Shown here piece by piece: positions 48,394 through 61,979 of a stretch of DNA of 64,000 bases. A model generated the notes under the pieces. It made no database searches. It saw only the letters and a list, made by a program, of their open reading frames with translations, and had not been told where the DNA came from. Position 1 is the first letter of the stretch, and each line of letters opens with the position of its first letter. The stretch is from Octopus sinensis (Eukaryota). The DNA is taken from the NCBI RefSeq assembly GCF_006345805.1, contig NC_043005.1, forward strand, positions 3,658,001-3,722,000, in the 5' to 3' direction. The position numbers and the translations under genes were made by a program.

Positions 48394-48754
48394 TACATAC
48401 TGACACACACACATACATATGTATCTCCAAAATAAAACTAGAAATTTGGAAAAAAATTTTGCAAGGTGTGTACTTGCTCAGCAAGTATTTTTTTTTTTTT
48501 TAACTTTTTTCTTATTACATCTAATATGATTATAATGTATGCCATCTGAAAGGTATTTGAAGGTATTTGAAGGAAATTTCTTTTAAAAAATACCTATTTC
48601 CCAGAAAGTTGTTAGGAAACAAAGTGGGTGGAATGCACACCTATGTAGATATGCTGAGGTAACCACATGATTAATAGTACATCAAATTTCTAAGTTCATA
48701 TCCTGTTAATTCTCCCAGAGTCACCATGATACATACTTGTAAATATAAAAACTG

Positions 48755-49322
48755 GCACTCCATCGGTTACGACGACGAGGGTTCCAGTCGTTCCGATCAA
48801 TGGAACAGCCTGATCATGAAATTAACGTGCAAGTGGCTGAGCACTCCACAGACGCATGTACCTATTTCTTTACTACCCACAAGGGGCTAAACACAGAGGG
48901 GACAAACAAGGACAGACAAACGGATTAAGTCGATTATATCGACCCCAGTGCATAACTGGTACTTATTTAATCAACCCCGAAAGGATGAAAGGCAAAGTCA
49001 ACCTCGGCAGAATTTGAACTCAGAACGTAACAGCAGACGAAATACCGCTAAGCATTTCGCCCGACGTGCTAACGTTTCTGCCAGCTCCACCCCCTTACCA
49101 CAAACACATGTAGCCTTAATGTAGTTCTCAGGGAGATTCATCATGATGCAGAATATGACAAGGCTTGATCCTTTGAATTATTACAACTCATTTTTGCCAG
49201 CTGAATGGACTGGAGCAATGTGAAATAAAGTGTCTTGCTCAAGAACACAGTGTATTGCCTAGTATCAAACTCACCTTTACGATCACGAACTGGATACCCT
49301 AACCAATAAACCATACACCTTC
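48755..49322 (-). mobile_element. SINE family E (tRNA head, GTGTTCTTGAGCAAGACAC domain), interrupted
   Basis: Head at about 49322 and tail GGAACCCTCGTCGTCGTAACCGATGGAGTGCC at about 48755. Other copies lie at about 1139-1325, 21727-21858, 22490-22615 and 44105-44537. Confidence 0.7.
48861..49100 (-). mobile_element. SINE family A inserted into a family E SINE
   Basis: Flanked by CAGACGCATGTA / CAAACACATGTA (12 bp, 2 mismatches). Confidence 0.85.
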
Positions 49323-49379
49323 ATTTGTAAATATATTGTTCAGGCAAAGGTGTTGAAGTAATGTACAGCTAGACTAAAT

Positions 49380-49585
49380 GTTTGGAGGTAGAGGTTACCT
49401 TGAGGTGGCCGTAGATTAGGAAGTGGGACCCCTCAGAAAAGCAAGGCTAAAAGAGGGCATAGTGCTAACTGGACTTGATCAACTCTGGTTGGGTCTGGAT
49501 CACCTGGGTGAGAGTGTTTGATGTTGAAAGACTCAAAACACCTAATGACCCCAGGAAACATCCTTGACGATGTGTCCAGATGCAT
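49380..49585 (+). mobile_element. HERO-like 3' UTR fragment
   Basis: GGGTGAGAGTGTTTGATGTTGAAAGACTCAAAACACCTAATGACCCCAGGAAACATCC aligns by eye with the reverse complement of about 15955-16015. Confidence 0.45.
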
Positions 49586-50282
49586 CACAGAATGAGGTTG
49601 AAAAACCTGTTGTTGTTGTTTAACCCAATGTCAATCCTGTTTGAGTAAATCTATGATTGAAGATATCCCAGCCATGACCATCATGTTTTTTTGTATATCA
49701 GAGACTACCCTGTACATTGTTCCCTTTTTTACTTGAGTTGTATGGTGTGGTTTTTGTTTTGTGGGAGATTTGGTTGTTATTTCTAGCAGATTGAACGACC
49801 ATGCAGAGACTCCCTTGTTGGTTTTATTTTGTGTTTTTATCAACTTTGATTTGCAGCACCCTTGGGTCAATGGCATCTGGAAGGAGATCTGTTGGCCATC
49901 CCAAACTGCACTACAGGGATGTTTGCATGCAAGATATAAAGGTGCTAGACACTGATATAGAATCCTAGGAAAAGGTTTGTAGATGACTGAGAGAGGTGGA
50001 AGGGCTGCCCTAAGTTGCTACCTGGAGACAGAGAAGAGAAGATGTCGGGTATTTCATCAGAGAAGTGAGCTCACAGACAGGAGCACAGCAATACCATAAG
50101 CCAATGAACTTGTCCAGATGTGACCTCTACAACAGAGAATATCACACTAGCATTGATCTTTTCAGCCACGAGTAACACTGCTTCTATATGATAAACACTA
50201 CACCAAGCATGTAGCCCTCGGTCAGTCTTGACCAAAATATGTCTTAGAAAGACATTACAATGAATACAATATTCTGTAGCTG

Positions 50283-50690
50283 CATAGGGCAGTGAGCCGG
50301 CAGAATCGTTAGCACGTTGGGCGAAATGCTTAGCGGTATCTTGTCTGCTGCTACGTTCTGAGTTCAAATTCCACCAAGGTCAACTTTGCCTTTCATCCTT
50401 TCGGGGTCGATTAAATAAGTACCAGTCAAGCACTGGGGTCGATATAATTGACTTAATCCATTTGTCTGTCCTTGTTTGTCCCATCTGTGTGTAGTAAAGA
50501 AATAGGTATTTTGTCTGCCATTATGTTCTGAGTTCAAATTCCACCGAGGTCAACTTTGCCTTTTATCCTTTCGGGGTCGATTAAATAAGTACTAGTTATG
50601 CACTGGGATTGATGCAATTGACTTAATCCTTTGTTTGGCCTTATTTGTCCCCTCTACATTTAGTCCTCTGGGGGCAATAAAGAAATTAAC
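50283..50690 (+). mobile_element. SINE family A dimer with 12-bp TSD
   Basis: TSD ATTCTGTAGCTG at 50271-50282 and 50691-50702. Junction at 50505-50509. Confidence 0.88.
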
Positions 50691-52250
50691 ATTCTGTAGC
50701 TGTTGCTAAGTGTTACTACAACCTCTAACTGCACGGTCTCCTCATTTTAACCCTTTTGATACCAACCTGACTGAAACTGCCCTTGGTTCTATAATAAAAA
50801 CTCCCTATGATCTAAATTAAAACCTTCCATCAAAATTTCATATTTAATTGATGCTTCAAACACCAACTTAATAATGGTTTCAAACTTTGGCACAAGGCCA
50901 GCAAGTTCAGGAGAAGGGGTTGGTTAATTACATTGGTCCCAATACTTACAAATGGTACTTACTCTATCAACCCCCAAAAGGATGAAAGGTGAAGTTGACC
51001 TTGGTGGAATTTGCAACACCAACTTAATAATGACAAAGTTGTTTCACTAAATTCTTCATTATTTTAAAAATTGATTGTACCAAGGAGTGTATTTCAACCA
51101 AAATATGGTAACAAAAATGCTTCTGCATGGTCTTCATTGCTCAGAATTCTTGGTTGTGTTGCTGTTCTGCCGAAAACCTATATTGCATACTTGTCTCTCC
51201 TCTTCCTATTACTCATATTGTGTTTCCTTCTCCAGATCCTTCATTAACTACCACGCCCAATTCTTTTACTCATCCCTCTGAAATTCCCTCTCCATCCATA
51301 TTTTCCCTGAAGTCACTGAACCTGGAACCACGTGGTTGGGAAGCAAGCTTCTTACCACACAGCCACACCTGCACCTCTGTAATGTATATTTTTAAAGAAT
51401 TGTAATTTCTGGGTGTTGAAACTATAAAAGTCAAACTAGGTGAAAAGTGTGCAAATATCCCCTACCCACTCCATTTCTGTTTTTTATTCTATTTTCTTCA
51501 GGACCTTAATCTATGATGCTTGAAAAAATCACATCCAAAGAAATTACAGTTTCTGGAGCCCTGAATCATTTCCGATTGTGTTCTATAAGAATGCGTCAAC
51601 CCTTTTTGTTTCCACCCCTACACTCCACTTAAAAAACACATACTCTAACATAAATGGACACACATGTTATGTGTATATATCCCTCTTTCTCTCTCTCGGA
51701 GAGGCACAAGCACCTGCACACACATATATACACACGGCAGTAACTTCCGTCTACCAAATCCACTCACAAGGCTTTGGTCGGCCCGGGGCTATAGCAGAAA
51801 ACACTTGCCCAAAGTGCCACGCAGTGGGACTGAACCCACAACCATGTAGCTAGGAAGCAAGCTCCCTAACTACACAGCCATGCCCGCGCCTACTGATATA
51901 TGTATATATGGTGATAAGTACCAAAGCTTGATAATTGTCGAGAGATTTCTCTTTACATGAAACCATTGGTAGCCCTGTTAACCCACAAATAGAGAATATT
52001 TACCAATGCAGTGTTGAGCAATCATACTCACTGTTCAATATTAGCATGTGTGTGTGTGTGTCTGTGTGATGAATAGATAGGGATAAAGTATCCAGGCAGG
52101 TATTGTGTGATCCCTTAGTTATAATCCATTCTGGATTAGCACAGTTGAAAAGAACATCCAAGATTAATTCCGGTGAGCAATCCTACTATAATTCTTATGA
52201 TGGGTGAATCCTGGGATTGTTTCCCCAGATTACAAATATTTTGCCAAGTG

Positions 52251-53668
52251 TATATCTAAGACAATTAAAATGAATATGGGGATTAGTACATCTGCATATT
52301 GCTTTATTCCCACAGTCCCACATATTGTGTATTTGGTTTAAATTTGTCCAACGTACGTTTCTGCTGTATCAGAAACTAGCAATTGCTTTTGCATCTAGCT
52401 ACTTTTGACTGGTTTTTAGTCTGTGCAACTCTATTCACTGAAATGAACTAAATGTATGTAGGCTTGGCTAGCACCATTCTGCTAGATTATTATAGTTTTT
52501 GAGTGGAAAGAATGTGAGGGAGAGATATGGAAACCTGATATGGCCAAAAGACTGCTATAAGATTGACCACACCCTGACCTGAAATGAGAATACTAGACCT
52601 TTAATTTGGTCAAAATCATCATCAACATCATCATCATCGTTTAATGTCCGTTTTCCATGCTGGTATGGGTTGGATGCTTCAACCGGGGTCTGGGAAGCCA
52701 GGAGGCTGCATCAGGCTCCAGTCTGATCTGGCAGTGTTTCTACAGCTGGATACCCTTCCTAACACCAACCACTCCGTGAGTGTAGTGGCTGCTTTTTACG
52801 TGCCAGGGGAAGCTGGCAGTGGCCACGATCGGTTGGTGCTTTTTACGTGCCACCAGTACAGAAGCCAGTCAAGGCGGCGCTGGCATTGGCCACGTTCGGA
52901 TGGTGCTTTTTACGTGCCACCGGCACTGGTATCACAACTACAATTTCCATTGGACATTTGTTTTGATGTTGTTGTACTTGACTCAATAGGTCTCCTCAAG
53001 CATAGCAGGTCACCCTACAATCCATGGTAGGCACAGCAGGTCGTTCTGAAATCCAAGGTACTTTGGATGGGCTAAAACCCTAGCCTTAAGTGGATTATTA
53101 ATTAGTGATCGTCAGATATTATGTAGAACTACTGGCTATTAAATGAGATGTAATTAAATATATAAGTTATGAAGAACTTATTTTTGAGTCTAAATCGAAA
53201 TTTTCTAGGCATAAATCAAGTTTTAGATTATATGCAGTTTTGCTGTTCTATATGTGTTGCAAGAATTTTAAAAAGTAGTTTTACTCATGGAAAATTCTGA
53301 TTACTACTTGAACGTCAAACCAGATTACTATGTAAATTCAGGCACCTCCTATTTGCATGTTGGTCCCTTCTGTTTACATAGGTTCCTTCTATGGAAATAT
53401 TTGAAAGTCCTCTTGCAGACCTTCAAACATCTTAAAGTTTGTTTCTGTCGACTCTTAAACAACTGGTGTTTAGCCACGAAGATTAAAGTTGCATAGATGG
53501 CCAACCAGTCGAAAGTGACTGGATGCAAACGCAATTGCTAGTTTTTATATGCAGCAGAAACATACGTCAGACTAATTAAAACCAAGTATGTTGTATATTT
53601 GACAGTGGGAATAAAGAATAAGCAGATGTACTGATCTCCATATTTTTTGTAATTGTCTTATATATATG
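52251..53668. mobile_element. Old non-autonomous DNA element with ~185-bp TIRs
   Basis: 52251-52436 (TATATCTAAGACAATT..AGTACATCTGC..CTAGCAATTGC..TGCAACT) is the diverged reverse complement of 53483-53668. Confidence 0.7.
52617..53060 (-). mobile_element. Family C copy inserted inside a long-TIR element
   Basis: Family C tail and two tandem units, lying between the inverted arms at 52251 and 53483. Confidence 0.8.
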
Positions 53669-53697
53669 TATGTATATAAATATATTAAAAAGTTTTG

Positions 53698-53918
53698 GAT
53701 CTTTTCACTTTGACCGGTTGATTTTTAAAATAATTTCTATGTAACTAAAAAATTTTAAACTTCGTATACTGGTAGAATGTGTTTATAAAACATCTTTTTC
53801 TCTTGGCTTTCTTGAGAAAATTCTGTAGTTTGTAAGATATTTGTTGTTTAACGAAGTTTAAAATTTTTTAGTTACATAGAAATTATTTTTAAAATCTGTC
53901 GGTCAAAGTGAAAAGATC
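53698..53918. repeat. 68-bp inverted repeat (64/68 identical) with 85-bp spacer
   Basis: GATCTTTTCACTTTGACCG...AAACTTCGT at 53698-53765 and its reverse complement at 53851-53918. Confidence 0.85.
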
Positions 53919-53939
53919 GAAAGTTTTAGTTAAAAAACT

Positions 53940-55417
53940 TTATTGCGAGTTGTATGGACTCAGAGCAGCCTGGTGAGGCATGCGCTTTACTTCTTTCAAT
54001 ATTAGTTCAGAGAGACGAAAGCGAAATGCATTGAAACTATTTCATCAGCCTCTGACATAATATCGATTCTCCAACATTTTCAAATGGGTTTCACTAGAGT
54101 TACCTGCCCTTCGTTGGAGCTCTCCTCTCAATCTTCAAAGCGGCGCCGCCATTATCTCTCGATCAAACTTTGCCGGATGAATTATAATTTCTCAGCTTCA
54201 ACCACCGTTTATTTTATCTCTCTTACAAATTTCCACGCTAAATTCCATTCCCTTCGTTTCCTTTGAGCTTCAACTGAAGTAAGTATCATTTTCATGCGTC
54301 TTTCTTCCAATTTCTACCCGTAAAACCCTCCCATGCCGGTCCAATGTGAAAGCAACGTGGAATCGTCTCTTCACGAATTCCTTTCGTTTCTTCTCCAATT
54401 TCTTCGGTTTTCCACAATAAAATCTTGTCTTTTCAACTCTGTTTTCTACGCATTTTAATGAGCAGAGGCAATATCTTTCAGGCTAGTCTGTTATTTTGTT
54501 TCCACCCTTTTCAGATCAAATTATTAAATCTTTTCTTCACAACTACGCAACAATCGACAAGAAACTTAATTTGTATTCTTCTAATTACTTCTAATTACTA
54601 ATTATTGACGATAAAATGTATTTAGAAATAACTGCATTTGTTTATAAATTTCAACAGATGAAAAGATTTAATTCGGTTAAATTCCCATCTGCTTTTCACA
54701 TATTCATTAATTGCTTTAAATTTCAGTTGAAATACGACGAAATAATTGATTAAAGTCGGATTCTTGGTCAATTCCTGCTATTATTTCCCTCTCAGTTCAC
54801 GCACCGTAAAATATTGTACAAGAACCGAGAGTCTGCAACTCTCATAATATTCCTTGTTGAAGCCATTTCGATTCGATTCCACTTTTATTGCAATTCTTTC
54901 TGTTCGATATGTCTAAGATTTCCTTGTGTTTTTGGTCAAAATAGATTATAAATATCCCTAGCGAACGGACTGCAATTTATGAGATAAGCGAAATTAATTA
55001 TTATTATTTTTTTTGTCTTTCCGGCGAAGAATTTCTAATATTGGTGATAGGAAATGGCCCAGGTGTTCGCCACGTTTCTATTTTCCACCCCCAAATAAAT
55101 TGCAATGGATGCAACTGAAGTGAAAAGGCATCCTTCCAAAGCAGACGTTCAGAGTTAGCAGCCACCCCTCCTTTTTTTCTTTTGCATTTAATGTTTATAA
55201 ACAAGAAAATACCATTCTGGTATTTGTGATATTTGTCTGCAGTTTCCACTGGAGAAATCAAAGTCCCGTGTTCATGGACTGTTTTTGGTTTTACTAGGGG
55301 TGAATTGAATCTGTTCATAAACACCCACTTCCAGTACAAAACGGAAAGAAGCACGTAAACACGCAGGAATCCCTGAATGTCTATAAAAATTGAGAAGTCT
55401 GGATGTTTTGATTTCAT
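53940..55417 (-). mobile_element. Probable ancient RTE-like LINE (endonuclease + linker) remnant
   Basis: The minus ORF 55004-55417 contains KRKKGGVAANSERLL, resembling the APE motif xxGVAILVSxRL. A downstream frame gives RREWNLAWKFVREIK...LIER*WRRRFED, resembling the EN-RT linker. Many stops are present. Confidence 0.4.
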
Positions 55418-58400
55418 AAAACATACTGTGGAAGAGTAATTAAGTCAGTTAAATTAGTCTTAATAATCACAGATTCCTTCATTGGCTCATAAAGTATTTA
55501 CACTGTGTGTGGAATCCCTGAAAGTCGACTAAAATTCCTAATTGTGATGTTTTATATTTCTGAAATAGACCATAAAACAGTAATAAATTTGGTTTAGTAG
55601 TCACTGATGATTATTTGTAAATTAGGTGATCCTCGCCTCTCGTTTCTCTCTAATCCCTTCAGTTTGTACCCTGAGGTCATTCATTTCAATCAACAACCAA
55701 AACTGAACAAAATCTTTATTTTGTTTCCTACCAGTTCCTGTAAACTTACCAATGTAATAATAGTACTTTCGCTGTTTCTAGAAAGATCCTTCTCTCTTGT
55801 TTCTGCCAGTTTTCGTTATTTCGAAGTAGCTTCGATGATTTCCCAGTTGTATTATTACGATGAACATTAATCCCTACTGTTATTCCTAATTTTTACATTT
55901 TCTCGAATTTATTTAAAACCTTTGACGTTTCAAAGCTCTACGGTCAGTCAACGAGCTAGAATTAGCAACCAGGTCTTTCTCAAAATCACACCTCTTTAAA
56001 AGGGAATGGCTCGTTGGGTAATGCACTCTTAGATACATTGGGCAAAAAAACAAAACAATAGTAATGACAGCTGGAACACCTTTGATTGCAGGTCTCCTCA
56101 GTTGACATGCGGTTAAACAACAGCATATGGCATTTATTTTACAAAACTAATTAAAGCTGACTCCATTGTAAAGTGATGTTGATTCAATGATGAAAGGCCT
56201 TTGTATTGTTGTTTCTGAAAACTAGAAATGTGGAGGTTTGAATTTTCGTAAAGATGAAACTTTAATTGCAAACAAAATATATTTATAATTCTTCAAATGC
56301 CAACGAAATTATGTTTATCCACTCATATTTATAGTTTCTATCTACTGAAGGCTTGGGGCAATTCCACATTAAGTTTCATCATCATCGTTTAACGTCTGTT
56401 TTCCATGCTGTCATGGGTTGGACGGTCTGACTGAGGGCTGGGGAGCCAGCAGCAGCACCAGGCTCCAATTTGATTTGGCAATGTTTCTACAACTGGATGC
56501 CTTTCCTAACGCCAACCACTCCAGGAGCGTAGTGGGTGCTTTTTACGTGCTACCAGCATGAGAGCCAGTCAGGCGGGCCTGGCATCGATCGCGTTTGGAT
56601 GGTACTTTTTACATGCCACCGTCACAAGAGCTAGTGTGGGGGTACTGGCATCAGCCACGTTTGGTTGGTGCTTTTTACGTGCCACTGGCATGGGAGCCGT
56701 GGAACCATGAGATTGTGTATCTTTTATCTTGTTTCAGCCATTGGGCTGCTGCTATGTTGAGGCACCACCTTAGAGGGTTTATAGTCAAATGAGTCCAGCT
56801 CAGTACTTGCTGAACCACTAAGTTTTTTTGGGGTTTTTTTTTGCCTAAACCGTGTAAGTTATGAGGGCATAAACCAACACCAGATATCAAGAGATGGTGG
56901 GTGACAAACGTAGCACAAAAACACACCCACAGAATATATATATAGTGAGAGACATGATGGGATTCTTTTCAGTTTCTGCCTATCAAATCCATTCACAAAG
57001 CCCAGGGCTGTAATAGAGAACACTTGCCCCTAAAGTGCCATGCAAAGGGACTAAACCTGAAACCATATGGTTGAGACATAAACAAACCAACACCAGTTGT
57101 TAAGCAGTGGTGGATATAAACGCAAAGGTCACACACATGATAGGCTTCAACACAGTTTCCTTTTACCAAATCCACTCACAAGTTGGCCTGGAGCTATGCA
57201 GTGGGACTGAACCCAAATCCATTTGGTTGGGGAGCAAGCTTCTTACCGTATGATATAACAAGTTAAAAACAAAAAAAAAAGCATGTCCATTTTTGATGTA
57301 ACTCATCACCATTTGAATATGGTGTGTTAAGAAAATGTTCTTAGACAAATGGTTGGAAATCCTGAAAATCTTTGTAAAATCTGAAATGCTGTTGCTTCAG
57401 TTTTTTTTTTTTAATGATGAAAATGTCATCCCACTTAGAACTATTGTTATGCACCTGTATTTATAGGCATAATTTCAGATTAATGATCCATGACTTTGTT
57501 CCCTCATAACTTTCTGAAAAATGAAATTTTGCAGAAATACATTTTCAACGATATAGATTACTGTTGTGTTGATAATATAAGAAAAAATTTAATTGATTTT
57601 TTTTTTTTTTTTTAACTGAGTTTCGGATTGTTCTACCCGCATCCTCCCAACTTTGTTGTCTCATAATTCTCTTTAGAAAGCATATTTTTAAAGGATTTTG
57701 CATGTATGCATTTCTGAGAGTGGTCATCATCTTCATCGTCGTCGTTTGACGTCCGGCTTCCATGCTGGCATGGGTTGGATGGTTTGACTGAGGCCCAATC
57801 TGATTTGGCAAAGTTTCTACAGCTGGATGCCCTTCCTAACGCCAACCACTCAAAGAGTCTAATGGGTGCTTATACATTCCACTGGCATAAGGGCCAGTCA
57901 GGCAGTTCGGGCAACGACCACGCTCAAAAGGTGTTTTCTACGTGCTACCTCCATAGGAGCCAGTCCAGTAGCACTGGCAACCACCACGCAGGAATGTTGT
58001 TTTTCACGTGCCACCGGCACATCATCGTTTAACGTCTGCTTTCCATGCTAGCATGGGTTGGACGATTTTGACTGTGTTTCAAGTAAAGGATCTCTTCTTC
58101 TGTACAGCTTTGAAGGTGAAGTGAGTGCTACTCTGGAATTTCACCTGTGTTCATCATGACTTGCCTGATGACCTCAGGCAAAAGACTGACTTGATCAAAA
58201 CAAGTACACACACTGGTCTTTTTTGTTTTCATCTATCAAATCCACTCAAGGTGTTGCTTAGCCTGGGGTTATAGTAGAAAATACTTGTCCCGTGTGCTAC
58301 ACTGTGGGATTAAACTTGAAACCATGTGGCTGCAAAGCAAATGTCTCAAGTACTCTGCCATATCTGCTTTGAGAGAAAAAAAAAGATATTCATTTTTAAA

Positions 58401-58534
58401 GTTAACACTTTGAAAATTGATCTAATTAGTGACTACTACACTTGAAATTTACATAATTAGCAACTACTGCTACTCCTAGACATGTTGCCATGGAAACATT
58501 CAATGCATTTGGTTTTTGTTTTTCTTCCTGAATG

Positions 58535-58910
58535 CATAGGTGCAGGTGTGGCTGTGTGGTAAGAAGTTTGCTTCCTAAATACATGGACCTGGGTTCAGTC
58601 TCACTGTGTGGAACCTTGGGCAAGTGTCTTCTACTATAGCATCAGGCCAACCAAAGCTTTGTAAGTGGATTTGGTAGATGGAAACTGAAAGAAGCCCTTT
58701 GTGTGTCTGTTTGGCTCCCATTACTGCTTGACAACCAGTATTGGGGTGTTTATGTCTGCGTAACTTAGCAGTTCAGCAAAAAAAGAATGATAGAATAAAT
58801 GTCCGGCTTTAAGAAAAAGTACTAAGGTTGATTTAGTCTACTAAAAAAAATTCAAGACAGTGCCCCAGCATGGCCAGTCTAATGACTGAAACAAGCGAAA
58901 GATAAAAAGA
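58535..58910 (+). mobile_element. SINE family B
   Basis: Head-to-tail match ending GACTGAAACAAG. Confidence 0.8.
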
Positions 58911-61900
58911 CATTCTTTGGCTGTTGTTGTTGTTGTTCCGTGTGCATCCTCAGCTCAGCTTGGCTCCATCACTTGGTGGTGGATAATACCTGTTTTCCTT
59001 CCTATCATATTTATGATAATCAGTCTACAACAAGATTATCTCTGACTTATGTATTAGAGATTAATGCTGGTATTTAACTCTCTCTCATATTCACTATAAC
59101 CACATTTGATAAATCTAAGATGACTACACAATTGTTTACATCAAATTTTGTTTACATTACAAAACAAAACACACAAAGATATGTCGTCATCATCATCATC
59201 ATCATCATTTAAAGCCCATTTTCCCATGCTTTCATATGTTAAATCAGTGGTTTTCAACCAGTGTCCACATGACCCTAGGCATCCATATAAGGTCTTGTCA
59301 TTAAAATTTATCTGCAATAAATCTGTTGTGCCCCAGCATGGCCACAGCTTTGAAGCTGAAACTAGTTAAAGAGTTAATTCCACAAAATATTTTATCAATT
59401 TTTATACAATTCCTAATATTTGATTATAATGATATGATAGGAATTTTTTGAGCATCGACTGGCTATGGGGTGGGAGTGGGGGGTCAGTCCGAGTAAAATG
59501 GGGAGCTGTGTCTTTTCATCTGGTGTCACTTTGTCAAATGTCTTTTTGTCCACGTGTTTTGGTCTGATGATTTCACATCAATAAGATTCTCAATGATCAT
59601 TTGATTTCGATGTTCACCTTGTTTTCTAAAAAGTTTATTTAAAATTGGACAAAAAGTCATTAGGGGGGGGGGAATCATTGGACTAAAAGATGTGGACAAA
59701 GTGACATCGGACGAAAAGTCGGGTCACGGTAAAATAGGAACCAAAGAGGTCAATGGGTAAAGAAAAGTGGTGAGGGAGCAGTGTTTTAGATGAAATTTGT
59801 TGAGGCATATTTCCTACAACTGGATGCCCCAAGTGTTTGCACACTCTCACCTGTTTCTCCTACTCTACAAAGACAAAGTTATTCCAGGTGTTGCACAGCA
59901 AACTGAACATGAAAGCATGAAGAACAGGGTTGCCAAGGAAATTGTTGAACACTTGTCACGCTTGGTCTTCAACAAACTCTATGACAACAGTGTGTATATA
60001 TATATATATATATATAATATACGCACGCACACACACACACAAATAATGTATATATAAATAAAAAGCAGTGGTACTGGTGCCACGTAAAAAGCACCCAGTG
60101 CCACTCTGTAAAGTGGTTGGCATTAAAAAGAGCTTCCAGCTGTAGAAACCCTGCCAAAACAGACAATGAAGCGTTGTGTGGATCCTTGCCAGCCCCTGTT
60201 AAACCATCCAACCCTTGCCTGCATGGAAAATGGTCATTGAATGATAATTTTGAAATATATACATTGTTTTAGCATTCGTGTTTCCATATTTGGACAGGTC
60301 AGATAGGATTGTTGAGGTAGATTTTCTGTTAACCCTCACCTCTTTCCAGGCAACGTATGTTTTTCACAGCAGCACTTGTATGATGGTGATGCTTGTTTAC
60401 AACCATCATGTGGTGTCAAGTCTAGGGTACACACATATATGATGGGCTTCAACACAATTTCCATTTACCAGATCCACTCAAGGTTTTGGTCTGCACAAGG
60501 CTATAGTCAAAGACACTTGTCCAAATTGCTTTGCAATGGGACTGAACCTGAAGTCATATGGTTGGGAAGCTACTACTTAACCACACAACCACCTTTTACA
60601 CACACACACACACACACACACCTTTTCTAAAGCTTCAGTCTGTTTGAAATTGCTTTCACATTCTTGTACTCTTCTTCATTATTTTCACAATCACAATGTG
60701 ATATACTTGGTTCTCAGTATGTTTTTTTTTTCTTTTATTCAAACTGTTTTGAACTGTATGTATGTGTATGGGTGCAGGTATAGTTGGTGTGGTAAGAAGG
60801 TTGCTTCCCAGTTCCATGATTTCAGGTTTATTTCCACTGTGTGGGACTTAAGGTTAGTGCCTTCTATTATAGTTGTGGGCCAGCCAAAACCTCGTGAGTG
60901 AATTTGATAGATGTGAACCGAAAGAAACTGGTTGTGTATGCGAGTGTGTTAATGTTTCTTTGCCTTGACATTGGGTGGTTGTTGTTGTTGCAAATTGAGT
61001 CACTGCCATGCAAGTGAGTGTCCTTCATTTCTGATCCTCTGTTGAAAGCATGTCTGGTCAAATGGGGACATTACCTTACTTGGAAACAGGAAAGATGTCC
61101 AGCTGTAGAAAATCTTCTTCAACAAATTCTGTCTGAACACTGGAGGCAGTGAAAAGTGGATGCTAAAACAATGATGATGATGGTGATTATTGAAGGATGT
61201 AATTAAACCAATCCTTTGAAGTACTGAGCACCAAACAAAAATATTTCAATGTACTTCTATAATTCGTCATCACCTGCACAATGACTGCTTGTGTAAATAT
61301 AAACATATGCTAGTGTACTGATGTACTTCATTATCAAAAGTTTCGTAAAAGAACCACTTATGGGTTCAATCCCACTGCACTGCACCTTTGGCAAGTGTCT
61401 TCTACTATGGCCCAGGCTGACCAAAACCTTGTGAGTGCATTTGGTTGGCAGAAACGTTAGAACACCGGGCAAAATGCTTAGCGGTTTTTCGTCTGCAGTT
61501 ATGTTCTGAGTTTAAATTCCACCGAGGTCGACTTTGCCTTTCATCCTTTTGGGGTCGATAAATTAAGTACCAGTTATGAACTGGGGTCGATGTAATCGAC
61601 TTAATCTCTTTGTCCTTGTTTGGCCCCTTTTGGGCAATAAAGAAATAAGAAACTGGAAGAAGCCCATCATGCTTCGTGCAGATACATCTTGGAAAGCCAT
61701 ATTAACTGAAGTATTTATCCTGAGGTTCTGCTTATAGATGTACTGTATTAAATAACATTGAAATATTATCAGTAGCAGAAGAAACTCCTTTGGCAGTGGT
61801 ATGGCTACATGTGCATTTCTGCCTCTTTTGGCTTTGTCAGCAGCATGTGCCCATTAGAAACTGCATGCTAAAACAGAATCTGTTGTCACTGATATAGGAA

Positions 61901-61979
61901 AACAGTGATTGAAAAAGCACTAATGTTGCAGTTAGCTGGTCGACTGAATAAAACTTTATGTGCAACAGAAGTAGTATTA

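Noticed and set aside
53940-54480. Frame interrupted only by TGA, suggesting genetic code 4 or selenocysteine
   Set aside because: A TAG occurs just upstream, the other frames are also TGA-rich, and a different frame resembles a LINE ORF2 linker. A decayed retroelement is simpler.
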